In this document: piece after piece, positions 30,663 through 40,771 of the stretch
How the letters are laid out: each line of letters starts with the position of its first letter
Position numbering within the stretch: the stretch's first letter is position 1
Origin: Archaeoglobaceae archaeon
GTDB taxonomy: Archaea; Halobacteriota; Archaeoglobi; Archaeoglobales; Archaeoglobaceae
Direction: 5' to 3'
Assembly: GCA_038893835.1 (NCBI GenBank)
Contig: JAWAQR010000005.1
Coordinates: 1 to 58,896, forward strand
Length of the DNA: 58,896 nucleotides
The notes under the pieces: model-generated
The model's database searches: none
What the model saw: only the letters and a program-made list of their open reading frames with translations
Told to the model about the DNA's origin: nothing
Position numbers and translations under genes: made by a program

Positions 30663-31720
30663 GGTTAGAGGCTAGGAGGGGTAGAGTTATAATTCATCTC
30701 AATCGATGGAAGTACGAATGGACGATTGAGCCAAGATACTGGAGAAACCCATTCATTGGGCTAATCATATGGCTTTCAATTCCGATTTTTGTAGTTGGAA
30801 TATCCCAGATTCTTCCAATAAGCGTTCTAACCCTGCTCTCAACATTGATCTTCGCGAACATACTATGCATAATCGCAATTCCTTTAACTCTGCAGATAAT
30901 TGGAACGGGAAGAGTAAACTTTGGTCCCCACTTTTTCGCAGCAATAGGCGGATATACAAGCGCTTTACTGAGTAAGAACCTGAATTTATCTCCACTCGCA
31001 ACACTTCCAGCATCCTTTGCAGTTGGAGCGTTGATCGCGCTAGGTTTGAGTCCGATAACGATAATCTCACGAGGTTTATACTTTGTGCTGATAACCTTGC
31101 TATTACCATTCATACTATTGGAGCTAGCTTATTGGCAGTCTGAGATCTTTGGAGCAGAAACGGGGATTCCTGGAGTGCCAATACTCCTCACGACCGGTAA
31201 CATCTTGCAGGATACTATCCTATACTTCTACCTATCGCTTTCAATAGTCCTAATCTTCCTCTTCATTTCAGATCGCATACTTAGATCTAGATACGGATTC
31301 CTCATGGGTGTTATAAATGAAGATGAAGAAGTTGCTGAGAGTTATGGAATAAATACGGCCAAGATTAAGATTCCAACCTTTACTCTGACCAGCGGAGCGA
31401 TGGCGATTGCTGGCTGGTTTATTGCACACTACTACGGTTCCTTTACAGGACCTGCTTGGTTGCATCCATCCATTTTAATTCTAATACTGCTAACGACAAC
31501 TTTAGGTGGAAAAGGGGCAATTTACGGCGTAGTAATAAGCGCCTACGTAATAGCAACGCTCAGAGAGGTTACCAGAATAACATTTGGAGAGCTGTCGATA
31601 GTGGTTCTGTTCCTTATATTGCTGCTATTCCTCTACATCTTACCCGAGGGATTCTGGGGAATTTATAGAAAGAAGAGATATAGAGAATACTACCCCTCAA
31701 TAAAGATAAGGAGAGGATGA
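30656..31720 (+). CDS. livM: Liv-type ABC permease (LivM-like)
   Basis: GLYFVLITL, SRYG...INEDEEVAESYGIN, LGGKG and PEG motifs. Confidence 0.85.
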   Translation: MVRLEARRGRVIIHLNRWKYEWTIEPRYWRNPFIGLIIWLSIPIFVVGISQILPISVLTLLSTLIFANILCIIAIPLTLQIIGTGRVNFGPHFFAAIGGYTSALLSKNLNLSPLATLPASFAVGALIALGLSPITIISRGLYFVLITLLLPFILLELAYWQSEIFGAETGIPGVPILLTTGNILQDTILYFYLSLSIVLIFLFISDRILRSRYGFLMGVINEDEEVAESYGINTAKIKIPTFTLTSGAMAIAGWFIAHYYGSFTGPAWLHPSILILILLTTTLGGKGAIYGVVISAYVIATLREVTRITFGELSIVVLFLILLLFLYILPEGFWGIYRKKRYREYYPSIKIRRG

Positions 31721-32445
31721 GCATGCTGGACTTAAGAAACGTGAGGAAAAAGTTCGGGGGCATAATTGCTGTTGACGACGTAACGCTGAAAATTGAAAAG
31801 GGAGAAATAGTTGGATTAATTGGCCCAAATGGTGCTGGAAAGAGCACGCTGATAAATTTAATCTCTGGCTACTATTATCCGAATGAAGGTAGAATAATAT
31901 TTAACGGAACTGATATAACTAGGAAAAAGCCATTCATGAGAGCTAAACTTGGAATAGCAAGGACTTTTCAGAATCCGAGACTTATTGGAAATATGACGGC
32001 GTTAATGAACGTTCTTTATGCAGTTCTTGGCAGAGAAGGGGAAAGTTTAACCCTATACGAAGCCTCTGCTGAAGCGATGTATTATCTCGATATCTTCGGA
32101 TTGCTCAAGAGGAGAGATATACTTGCAAAAGATTTACCCATCTATGAGATGAGATTACTGGAGCTTGCAAGAGCCCTAGCACTTAGGCCAAGATTGCTTT
32201 TAATCGACGAGGCAATGGCTGGGTTGAATCCTGCGGAAGCGGAAAGAGTTTCTGCACTGATAAATAGGATTAAGGAGGAGTTCGATCTAACGATAATCTG
32301 GGTTGAACACGTGCTCAGAATTCTGATGAGGTCAGTTGAAAGGGTTGTTGCCATGCATTATGGCAAGATAATTGCTGATGGAACTCCGGAGGAGGTTGCT
32401 AGGGACAAGAGAGTAATCGAAGCGTACATAGGTGAGGAGATATGA
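31717..32445 (+). CDS. livG: Liv-type ABC ATP-binding subunit (LivG-like)
   Basis: GPNGAGKST, GIARTFQ, LLLIDEAMAGL, VEH and VIEAYIG motifs. Confidence 0.88.
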   Translation: MSMLDLRNVRKKFGGIIAVDDVTLKIEKGEIVGLIGPNGAGKSTLINLISGYYYPNEGRIIFNGTDITRKKPFMRAKLGIARTFQNPRLIGNMTALMNVLYAVLGREGESLTLYEASAEAMYYLDIFGLLKRRDILAKDLPIYEMRLLELARALALRPRLLLIDEAMAGLNPAEAERVSALINRIKEEFDLTIIWVEHVLRILMRSVERVVAMHYGKIIADGTPEEVARDKRVIEAYIGEEI

Positions 32446-33146
32446 TGAAAGTCGAAAACCTTGAAGTATGGTATGGAAAAATAAGGGCTGTTAGCGAGAT
32501 AAACTTTGAAGTGAAGAAAGGTGAAATAGTTGGATTGATCGGCCCCAATGGTGCTGGTAAAACTACGATATTGAAGGCAATTATAGGAGTTATAAAACCG
32601 AGTAAGGGGGAGATAATATTTGAAAATCAGAGGCTCAACGGGTTGGAAACGCATGAGATAATAAAGAGAGGAATTGCAATAGCTCCAGAAGGCAGACAAC
32701 TTTTTCCATTTTTAACCGTAGAGGAGAACCTTCTGATGGGAGCGATAAATGGGGAAGCTTGGAAAAAAAGAATGGAAACACTCAAATTTGTTTACTCCCT
32801 TTTTCCAAGACTCAGTGAAAGAAGAGCACAACTTGCTGGAACTCTTAGCGGTGGAGAGCAGCAAATGCTCACCATTGGTAGAGCCTTGATGGCTAGGCCG
32901 AAGTTACTTTTGGTCGACGAACCAAGTTTGGGATTGGCTCCGAAGGTTTCTCTAGAAATTTACAAGCTTCTGGAAAAGTTGAGAAATGAGGGAATAACTA
33001 TTCTGCTTTCAGATCAGAATGCTAAAAGAGTTTTTGAAATCTCTGAAAGAATTTACGTTGTTGAGAATGGCAGAATCGTTATGCATGGTAGGAGTTTTGA
33101 TCTGAAGGAAGATGAAAGAGTAAGGAGGGTGTATCTGGGCTTATGA
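32442..33146 (+). CDS. livF: Liv-type ABC ATP-binding subunit (LivF-like)
   Basis: GPNGAGKTT, PEGRQLF, LSGGEQQM and DEPSLGLAP motifs. Confidence 0.9.
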   Translation: MMKVENLEVWYGKIRAVSEINFEVKKGEIVGLIGPNGAGKTTILKAIIGVIKPSKGEIIFENQRLNGLETHEIIKRGIAIAPEGRQLFPFLTVEENLLMGAINGEAWKKRMETLKFVYSLFPRLSERRAQLAGTLSGGEQQMLTIGRALMARPKLLLVDEPSLGLAPKVSLEIYKLLEKLRNEGITILLSDQNAKRVFEISERIYVVENGRIVMHGRSFDLKEDERVRRVYLGL

Positions 33147-34462
33147 CGGACTATTTCGATTTTATAAATTCCTTGATGAAAGGAGAAAAAAGAGGGGAGG
33201 CGCTGAAAGGGTTGAAGGTTGTGGAAATAACGCACTTTATCTTTGGTCCAAACATAGGAAGAATACTTGCACAATTTGGAGCGGAAGTCGTGAAGATAGA
33301 GACTCCTGGAGAAGGAGACAGATATAGAATTGCTGCGATATTTGGCAGATTTTACAACAGAGCGAATTTACTCTACGCAGTTCTAAATGCAAACAAGTAC
33401 ATCATAGCAGCGGATGCAAGGAATTCCAAGGCTAGGAAAATAATATTTGAGCTAATAAAGAAGGCAGACGTTTTTGTGGAAAATCTCAGCGCCGGTTTGG
33501 TGGATGCAATGGGAATAGGATATGAGGCTGTTAGAAAAGTGAATCCAAGAATTATCTATGTCAGCTGTTCTGGATATGGGCAATTTGGACCTCTGAGCAG
33601 AATGCCGAGTTTTGACGTCGCAGCGCAAGGTGTTGCGAGTGTTGCGATGAAAACTGGCTGGGAGGATGTGGATGAGTTTTACAAACTTCCAGATTACTTT
33701 GGAGATTACCTTCCATCGATGTACGCAGTCTTTGCGGTTCTAGCAGCTTTATATTATAGAGAAAAGACTGGAAAAGGGCAGTACATCGACATAACGCAAG
33801 CAGAATGTCTGATGAGGTTCATGTACGATTTTACATACTACAGCCTAACGAACGAAGAAATCGGAAAAACTGGAAATCTGGATCCAGCATCGGCCCCTTC
33901 GGGTATATTCAGAACAAAGGATGGAAAATTTGTGGCAATTTCTATTCTGACAAATTCCCAGTTTGAAGCTCTTGCTTCTATTGTTCCGGGATTAAAGAAT
34001 GGAAATAGATTTGAAAAGGAGAGGGCGAGGGAATTGAACAGAATCCTTTCCAAATGGGTGGAAGAGAAAAATCTGGAAGAGGTGCTGGAATTGGCGAAGA
34101 GATATGGCTTTCCTGCTTCTCCTGTTCTTGATGATGTTCAGGTATTTACAGATCCTTGGAGATGGGAGAGAGGAAGCATTTTGAAAGTTAAGGATCGCCT
34201 TATTGGTGAAATTCCATCACCTGGCCCAGTTATTGCGATGAGCGCAACGCCGGGAAAAATAAAATGGCTTGGAAGACCCGTTGGTTACCACAACAGACTA
34301 ATTCTAAAGAAATGGCTTGGGATGAGCGATAAGGAGATTGAGGAGCTTGAAAAGAAGGGAGTAATTGGCTACTGGGATGAAATGCCTGGAACTGCTCCTC
34401 CAGCAACTTGGAGAGCAGAGGAAGATCCTGTTTTTAGAGGTGAAAAGGATGAAGAGGGATGA
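33143..34462 (+). CDS. Family III (CaiB/BaiF) CoA-transferase, catalytic-type subunit
   Basis: ALKGLKVVE, GAEVVKIETPGEGD, ADVFVEN and SGYGQFGP motifs; FGD(188) at the catalytic Asp position. Confidence 0.9.
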   Translation: MTDYFDFINSLMKGEKRGEALKGLKVVEITHFIFGPNIGRILAQFGAEVVKIETPGEGDRYRIAAIFGRFYNRANLLYAVLNANKYIIAADARNSKARKIIFELIKKADVFVENLSAGLVDAMGIGYEAVRKVNPRIIYVSCSGYGQFGPLSRMPSFDVAAQGVASVAMKTGWEDVDEFYKLPDYFGDYLPSMYAVFAVLAALYYREKTGKGQYIDITQAECLMRFMYDFTYYSLTNEEIGKTGNLDPASAPSGIFRTKDGKFVAISILTNSQFEALASIVPGLKNGNRFEKERARELNRILSKWVEEKNLEEVLELAKRYGFPASPVLDDVQVFTDPWRWERGSILKVKDRLIGEIPSPGPVIAMSATPGKIKWLGRPVGYHNRLILKKWLGMSDKEIEELEKKGVIGYWDEMPGTAPPATWRAEEDPVFRGEKDEEG

Positions 34463-35657
34463 ATTTTTGATGAAATTGTTCAGCGAAGATTCGAAGCCTT
34501 TGGCGTTGGAAGATGTGAAAGTCGTCGAAATAGCGGATGAGAACTTTGCAGCAGCAATTGCATCCTCGCTTTTAGCTGAAATGGGAGCAAGAGTTCTGAG
34601 AGTAGAGATTGGAGAAGAGGCAAAAAACATAAGCCCATTTGGTGTAAAAATAAATGGGGTTGGTATACCGTATTTTGTGGAAAGCAGGAATAAGGAAATA
34701 GTGAAATTTGGAGAAGAGGTAAAGGAGAGGATATTTTCTGCAGACATAATCATTGACGGCACAACGCCAGGATACTTGGACTCTTTGGGAGTTGGTTATA
34801 AACAAATCTCCGAAAGAAATCCAAAGGTCATATATGTTGCAATATCTCCTTTTGGACATTACACATCAAAGGCGAAAGAGTTCAGAAACGTTCCAGATTC
34901 AGATCTTACAGCTCAAGCATACAACGGCTATCCGACGCTGATAGGGAATCCTTATCTAACGGGAGAACGTTCATATCCACTTCGAGCCGGAATATGGGCA
35001 GCTTGGACAATGGCAGGTGTTAACGCTGCAGTTGGAGCTATGATAGCGTTGCTGGAAAGGATGAAGAGTGGAAAAGGGCAGTTCGTAGATATCGCAACTA
35101 ACGATGCCTTGTCAGTAGTCACTACTTTTCCAGCAATCATGGGATTTCTTTTTGGTAAACCAAGAGGTAGATTTGGAACGATCGACTATCTTTTCTATCC
35201 CTTTGGTTATCATAAAGTGAAAGATGGTTACATAGCGCTCGCAACACCTACTGATGCAGACTTCAGAGCTTTGCTGAAAATAATAAAACGTTGGGATCTT
35301 GAGCCGGATTGGAAATATACTCTAGATAGAATTTCGGATGACTTAGAAAGGATCAGACAACTGGATGAAGAATTAAACAAGACTTTAAAGAAGTTTACGG
35401 TAAAGGAATTGCTTAAAAGAGCATCTAAGTTCAGAAAATCTAAATTGCCATTAGTAAGCAAGTTCCTTGGAAGGCCTGTGATCGTCAAGATCAATACACT
35501 TCGGGAAGTACTTCAGGATGAACATTGGAAGATTAGAAAGAGCTTTTTGAAGGTGAAAGTGGATGAAAAAGAAGTTATTGTACCCAACTCTCCAATAAAG
35601 GCGTCCGAAACGCCAAGTAGGGTGAAGAAATTACTGGGTAAAGAAATAATTTTTTAG
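34449..35657 (+). CDS. Family III CoA-transferase, second subunit lacking the catalytic Asp
   Basis: LAEMGARVLRVE, ADIIID, ISPFGHY and SGKGQFVD motifs; AAW(186) at the position equivalent to FGD. Start moved to ATG 34449. Confidence 0.85.
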   Translation: MKRDEFLMKLFSEDSKPLALEDVKVVEIADENFAAAIASSLLAEMGARVLRVEIGEEAKNISPFGVKINGVGIPYFVESRNKEIVKFGEEVKERIFSADIIIDGTTPGYLDSLGVGYKQISERNPKVIYVAISPFGHYTSKAKEFRNVPDSDLTAQAYNGYPTLIGNPYLTGERSYPLRAGIWAAWTMAGVNAAVGAMIALLERMKSGKGQFVDIATNDALSVVTTFPAIMGFLFGKPRGRFGTIDYLFYPFGYHKVKDGYIALATPTDADFRALLKIIKRWDLEPDWKYTLDRISDDLERIRQLDEELNKTLKKFTVKELLKRASKFRKSKLPLVSKFLGRPVIVKINTLREVLQDEHWKIRKSFLKVKVDEKEVIVPNSPIKASETPSRVKKLLGKEIIF

Positions 35658-35665
35658 ATTTCCAG

Positions 35666-35740
35666 CGCCCGGGCCGGGATTTGAACCCGGGGCGTGGGCT
35701 CGACAGGCCCACATGTTGGGCCGGGCTACACCACCCGGGC
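35666..35740 (-). tRNA. tRNA-Asp (anticodon GTC)
   Basis: Reverse complement GCCCGGG...TGGGC-CT-GTC-GA-GCCCA...GTTCAAATC...CCCGGGCG; upstream TTTAAAAA TATA box at about 35764-35771. Confidence 0.96.
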
Positions 35741-35821
35741 TTAAAGCTCACTTAAGCTATCGATTTTTAAAGTTTTTGCAATATCGAAAACTTTTTAAAC
35801 AGTTTATCGAACGATTGTTCG

Positions 35822-35965
35822 ATGAGGTGGATTGAGGCGCTGATAGTGATTTTCGCTATGAGTGTTCCGTTTTCAGTGATGAAAGACCAAAATTTGACCA
35901 CATACTTATATTGGACAGTAGTTTCCGCCTCGTATTTAATCTTCATAGCCCTAAGGAGGTGGTAG
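35822..35965 (+). CDS. 47-aa two-helix membrane protein (not in ORF track), probable SSS symporter accessory subunit
   Basis: MRWIEALIVIFAMSVPFSVMKDQNLTTYLYWTVVSASYLIFIALRRW; CGAAAACTTTTTAAA promoter upstream; its 3' end contains the GGAGGTGG RBS of the symporter. Confidence 0.72.
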   Translation: MRWIEALIVIFAMSVPFSVMKDQNLTTYLYWTVVSASYLIFIALRRW

Positions 35966-35966
35966 T

Positions 35967-37328
35967 ATGCTTCTTTACGCTTTGTTACTCTATTTGGCAA
36001 TTGGGACGATTATAACAGTTTTGACTATGCGGAAAATTCTTACAGATGAGGATTATTACATCGGCGGCAGAAAAGTTGGTGGAGTTATATCTGCACTAAC
36101 TTACGCTGCAACAACATATTCCGCCTTTATGATGGTTGGATTGGTTGGATTGACTTACATTTCAGGCGTTGGAGCTCTCGGTTTCGAGTTATTTTATCTG
36201 GTTGGTACTCTGATGCTCCTATCTTATTACGCACCAAAGCTATGGAAAATTGGAAAGGAAAAGAACTTCATAACTCCGGGAGACGTTTTTTCCAGTCGAT
36301 ATGGGAAAAATGTAGCTAAGATTCTTACCCCTTTCATAGCTCTAGCCTTGATTCCATACACATCTCTTCAATTCGTTGGAATCTCTCTTTTGCTCAGTAA
36401 AGAAATCAGTTTCGAGTTTGGAGTAGCTTTTTCAGCTTTGTTTACAGCCTTTTGGGCTTTTCTTGGAGGATTAAGAAGTGTGGCATGGACGGATGCGATT
36501 TTTGGTATCTTCATGCTATCCATGGCAATTCTGGCAGTTTTCTATGCATCCAGCTTGCTGCCCCCTTCTCCAGATTTTTCAAAGTTGGGTGAGTTGCTTT
36601 ACGTTCCAAACAGCTTTTGGAGGTACGATGTCTTCATTTCCTACACTCTTCCATGGTTCTTCTTTGCATTAACAAATCCACAGGTTTTTCAGAGAATATT
36701 CATTCCGAAGGATGAAGCGAGTTTGAAGAGGATGGTAGTAATCTTTGGCTTCTTCGGATTGCTATATACAATACTGGTCACTTTCCTAGGATTGCAGCTG
36801 AGATTGCTTACAGAATACGACCTTTTCCCTAAGATTTCAGATAGAGATTTAGTCACTCCAAAATTTTTAGAAATAATCCCATCTTGGCTTAGCATCGCCA
36901 TTGCGGTGAGCATCTTTGCTGCAGCGATAACGACTGCAAACTCCATAGTTCTAACTTTATCATCTATGTTCACGAGAGATCTGTTCAACAACAGAAGCGT
37001 TATGGCCGGGAGAATTTTCGTCGTCTTAATAACTTTGGCAATTGCGATTTTCGCAATTCAGAGACCAGCTTACATCGTAGACTTGGCAATAATGAGCTCG
37101 ACAATCTTACTATGTCAGTTGCCTTTAATCTTTGGAGTCTTTCACTGGAAATCCGGTGGACAAATTGCAGCAATTTCGACACTAGTCGCTGGTTTTCTTA
37201 CAGCCATTTTGCTCTACTACACAAAGAAAACGCTGGGAATTCCAATAGCGGTTTGGGTCCTTTTGATGTCCTTTGCTGTATTCTTTTTAGTTGCTTTTTT
37301 GGAAAAAAGATTTATTAAAGAATCATGA
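35967..37328 (+). CDS. Sodium:solute symporter (PutP/PanF family)
   Basis: DYYIGGR, ATTYSAFMMVG, GGLRSVAWTD and FAAAITTANS motifs. Confidence 0.92.
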   Translation: MLLYALLLYLAIGTIITVLTMRKILTDEDYYIGGRKVGGVISALTYAATTYSAFMMVGLVGLTYISGVGALGFELFYLVGTLMLLSYYAPKLWKIGKEKNFITPGDVFSSRYGKNVAKILTPFIALALIPYTSLQFVGISLLLSKEISFEFGVAFSALFTAFWAFLGGLRSVAWTDAIFGIFMLSMAILAVFYASSLLPPSPDFSKLGELLYVPNSFWRYDVFISYTLPWFFFALTNPQVFQRIFIPKDEASLKRMVVIFGFFGLLYTILVTFLGLQLRLLTEYDLFPKISDRDLVTPKFLEIIPSWLSIAIAVSIFAAAITTANSIVLTLSSMFTRDLFNNRSVMAGRIFVVLITLAIAIFAIQRPAYIVDLAIMSSTILLCQLPLIFGVFHWKSGGQIAAISTLVAGFLTAILLYYTKKTLGIPIAVWVLLMSFAVFFLVAFLEKRFIKES

Positions 37329-37507
37329 ATTTTTTTATGACTCGAATCGAAGATATATATTGCGCGAGATGCGGTTCGGAGTTCGATCTTGAAGTGAAAA
37401 GGACAACAAGTTATTCTGCCCCACTTCATATTCCGAATCTTTATTGTCCTTTTTGCGGTAGCAGGAGGCTTATGAAAAAGAGAGGCATATTTTCGAAAAA
37501 TCGATAA
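37325..37507 (+). CDS. Small Zn-ribbon protein (CxxC...CPxCG), RpoP-like
   Basis: YCARCGSEF...YCPFCGSRRLMKKR; the start may be ATG 37337. Confidence 0.65.
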   Translation: MNFFMTRIEDIYCARCGSEFDLEVKRTTSYSAPLHIPNLYCPFCGSRRLMKKRGIFSKNR

Positions 37508-37536
37508 ATCTTTATCCCTAAAAAATAGCTCAAAAC

Positions 37537-38571
37537 ATGCTTTCAACCTGTATACAGTGCGGTGTTTGTTCATCTTCCTGCAGCATGAGATACAACATGA
37601 ATTTAAGAAAGGTTATAGCCAATTTTCTCTCTTCGGGCAATTTTTGGAACTCTGAACTCTGGAATTGCACAAATTGCCTTATTTGTCAGCAGAGATGTCC
37701 AAGAGGGATTAAACTTGTTGAAATCATAAACGAAAGTAGGGTTAAGCTTGTGGAGATAGGAGAGATACCGTTGGAATTAAAGAGGATGCTGGAGAACATT
37801 CAGAAGTTCTATAATCCTTTTGGTGCATTAAAAAGACCAAAATTCGATGCAAAGATCGCAAAAAAAGGAGACTTTGAATACCTTTTATTTCTTGGCTGTG
37901 CAATCTTTGATCCAAGAATTGAAGCAATTGCGAGGAAAGCAATAGAACTTCTGAAATTAGCGGGAGTTGATTTTGCCATCCTTAATGAAGAGAGGTGCTG
38001 TGGAAATGACGTGAAGGCTATAGGGGAAATTGGTCTTTTTGAGCTGCTGAGGGAATATAACATGAGCACTTTTGAAAACCTTGGAGTGGAGAAAATCATA
38101 GCAATTTCTCCGCACTGCTACAACGCCTTTAAGAACTATTATCGCATGGAAGTCTATCATGTTTTAGAAATACTGCTAGAAAAGATTGAAAAAGGAGAGT
38201 TGAAGTTTAAGAGAATCTTTGAAGGTAGAGTAACTTATCACGATCCCTGCTATCTTGGGAGGTATAACAAAATAATTTCTGAACCCAGAGATTTGTTAAA
38301 ATCGATACCAGGACTTGAATTCGTAGAAATGCAAAGGAATTCCGAGCTCTCTCTTTGCTGTGGAGGAGGTAGTGGAGGAATATTCAGAGATTTCCGCTGG
38401 AGACCTTCGCTTGAAAGAATCAGGGAAGCTATGTTGACGAAGAGCGATTATCTTGCAACTTCATGTCCTTTTTGTTTGATGATGCTCGAGGATGCTGTGA
38501 AAGTAAAAAAAGCTGAAATAAAGGTGCTTGATGTTTTAGAAATCCTTCACAGCACCATCATTGCTCCTTGA
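37537..38571 (+). CDS. HdrD/GlpC-like Fe-S protein with two CCG domains
   Basis: CIQCGVCSSSC, CTNCLICQQRCP, ERCCG, YHDPCYLGR, CCGGG and CPFC motifs. Confidence 0.88.
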   Translation: MLSTCIQCGVCSSSCSMRYNMNLRKVIANFLSSGNFWNSELWNCTNCLICQQRCPRGIKLVEIINESRVKLVEIGEIPLELKRMLENIQKFYNPFGALKRPKFDAKIAKKGDFEYLLFLGCAIFDPRIEAIARKAIELLKLAGVDFAILNEERCCGNDVKAIGEIGLFELLREYNMSTFENLGVEKIIAISPHCYNAFKNYYRMEVYHVLEILLEKIEKGELKFKRIFEGRVTYHDPCYLGRYNKIISEPRDLLKSIPGLEFVEMQRNSELSLCCGGGSGGIFRDFRWRPSLERIREAMLTKSDYLATSCPFCLMMLEDAVKVKKAEIKVLDVLEILHSTIIAP

Positions 38572-39265
38572 TTTCCTTGCTCACTTCTTTAACCATTTTT
38601 TCGACTTCTTCTTTTTCGAATCTCTCAACTATTTCTATCTCCTTGACGTTGAGAAGTCTGAAGGCATCTCTTACAACCCTATATCTTCCAATTAGGAAGA
38701 TCTGGTTTAAATATGAATCCGTCGGAACTTCCACTATCGCCTTCTCACCTTCTACCACTACTCTTTTCACATTTATTCCAGTATGGATCATGAAAAGGGC
38801 TTTTAACTTATCCTCAATTTTCTCAAGCTTCTCCTTTATTTCGTATTCAAAGGTTATCTTCTTTCCTGCAAGCGGATGGTTGAAGTCCACTACTACCCTT
38901 CTACCAACTATTCTCTCTACAGTTCCTATTTTATCACCTATTCTAACTCTCTGTCCTATCTCTGGCCTTTCTCTAAATCTTGTTATGCTAAAAGTATCCT
39001 TTTTGTTTGGATCGTAGTTTCCAAAACCCTTTTCAGGGGGAACAACAGCCAATCCCTTGTAACCCACTTCCTTGCCTATTATATCTTCCTCAAGTCCCTT
39101 GAGAATATGTCCTTCTCCTAAGACAGCATAAATGTCTCCATATCTTGCATTCTCATTAAAAATTCCCTCTTTCTTTGCAATTTCGGCATCTGTAGTATCT
39201 ATTATTTTTCCATCTTCTAGCCTTGCGGTATAGCTGATCCTTACGAAGTCGCCAATGGAAAGCAT
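38558..39265 (-). CDS. slyD: FKBP-type peptidyl-prolyl isomerase (SlyD-like, long archaeal type)
   Basis: GDFVRISYT, VPPEKGFG and VDFNHPLAGK motifs; start moved to ATG 39265. Confidence 0.9.
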   Translation of the reverse strand: MLSIGDFVRISYTARLEDGKIIDTTDAEIAKKEGIFNENARYGDIYAVLGEGHILKGLEEDIIGKEVGYKGLAVVPPEKGFGNYDPNKKDTFSITRFRERPEIGQRVRIGDKIGTVERIVGRRVVVDFNHPLAGKKITFEYEIKEKLEKIEDKLKALFMIHTGINVKRVVVEGEKAIVEVPTDSYLNQIFLIGRYRVVRDAFRLLNVKEIEIVERFEKEEVEKMVKEVSKEIKEQ

Positions 39266-39402
39266 GTTGACCACCTTTAGGAGATCTGAAAGCGATTTAT
39301 ATCTCTTTAGTTTAAAAATTAAACCAATTTTTAGATTTAAAAATAAATTTAAAACCAAAAAACATAGAAACTATTTTTAAGCTTGAAGTATCTCGAAAAA
39401 CG

Positions 39403-40278
39403 ATGAGTTTGCTCGTTTATATTGATGGCAAATTCGTTCCAGAGGAGGAGGCAAAGATAAGCGTATTCGATCATGGGTTTTTATATGGTGATGGAGTTTT
39501 TGAAGGTATAAGAGCTTACAATGGCAGGGTATTTAAGCTTAGAGAACACTTGGATAGACTTTACGACTCTGCAAAAGCAATAGGACTTCAAATTCCGATA
39601 AAAAAAGAGGAGTTTGAAAAGATAATAATTGAGACGCTGAGAGTTAACAATCTCAGAGACGCTTATATAAGGCCAATAGTCACTAGAGGTGTCGGAGATC
39701 TTGGCTTAGATCCAAGGAAATGTAAGAAACCAACGATAATAGTTATAACAAAACCCTGGGAAAAGCTCTATGGCAATTTATATGAAAGGGGTTTGAAAGC
39801 TGTCACAGTTACGATACGGAGAAATCCTTACGATGCCCTTCCACCCAATATAAAGTCTCTTAACTACCTAAACAACGTCCTTGCAAAGATAGAGGCTAAT
39901 GCAAAGGGAGGGGATGAAGCGATATTTCTGGATAAGCTTGGTTTCGTTTCTGAGGGAAGTGGAGACAACATTTTCATAGTTAAGAATGGAAACGTGATCA
40001 CCCCTCCAACGATAAACAATCTTCGTGGAATAACGAGAGAAGTGGTGATAGAGATATTAAATCGCCTAGGAATTCCTTTCTTTGAACGAAATATAGGCCT
40101 TTACGACCTTTATACAGCTGATGAAGTCTTTGTAACAGGAACAGCTGCTGAGATAGCGCCAATAGTTGAAATTGATGGACGCATCATTGGAGATGGAAAG
40201 CCGGGGAAGATAACGAAGAAGTTGATGGAGGAGTTCGAAAAGCTAACGCAAACAGAAGGTGTTCCAATTTATGAGTGA
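39403..40278 (+). CDS. ilvE: Branched-chain amino acid aminotransferase
   Basis: [33 protein letters not shown] and GTAAEI motifs. Confidence 0.95.
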   Translation: MSLLVYIDGKFVPEEEAKISVFDHGFLYGDGVFEGIRAYNGRVFKLREHLDRLYDSAKAIGLQIPIKKEEFEKIIIETLRVNNLRDAYIRPIVTRGVGDLGLDPRKCKKPTIIVITKPWEKLYGNLYERGLKAVTVTIRRNPYDALPPNIKSLNYLNNVLAKIEANAKGGDEAIFLDKLGFVSEGSGDNIFIVKNGNVITPPTINNLRGITREVVIEILNRLGIPFFERNIGLYDLYTADEVFVTGTAAEIAPIVEIDGRIIGDGKPGKITKKLMEEFEKLTQTEGVPIYE

Positions 40279-40771
40279 ACTTTTCACACTCGTCGTTGAG
40301 CTGGAAGATAGACCAGGACAGCTTTTAAAAGTTTTGGAGCCGATAGCGAGGAATGGAGGGAACATAGTTGGAATAGTCCATCAGAGGGGGAAAAAGACTC
40401 CATTGAATAGAGTTCCAGTTGAAATATCGTTCACAGCAGACTCCAAAAAGGCTGAAAATATATTTAGGGAGCTTCAGGGGGAAGTTGTAATAAGGAGTTT
40501 TGGGAAAATAAGGACTGCAACGATTTCTCTGCTTTTAATTGGGCACGTGATACACACAGATCTCAGTGACACTATAAAGAGAATAGACGACAGCGAAGCT
40601 GAGTGTGTTGAGATAAACGTTACAATGCCTGAAATGAATCAACCATCTACTGCGATTCTGACGATAAGTGCTAAAAGTCTTGAAGCACTTGAGAGAGCTT
40701 TAGAGAGAGTTAGAGAGATCTGTAGAGAGAAAGGAATTCTTGTAATTGAGCCTGTAAACGAGGAAGTATGA
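40271..40771 (+). CDS. ACT-domain protein (homoserine dehydrogenase-associated)
   Basis: [18 protein letters not shown] and [10 protein letters not shown] motifs; lies between ilvE and hom. Confidence 0.85.
   Translation: MSELFTLVVELEDRPGQLLKVLEPIARNGGNIVGIVHQRGKKTPLNRVPVEISFTADSKKAENIFRELQGEVVIRSFGKIRTATISLLLIGHVIHTDLSDTIKRIDDSEAECVEINVTMPEMNQPSTAILTISAKSLEALERALERVREICREKGILVIEPVNEEV

Noticed and set aside
35666-35740. tRNA-Asp as an integration site for the ABC/CoA-transferase operon
   Set aside because: No duplicated tRNA 3' end, integrase or compositional shift was seen.
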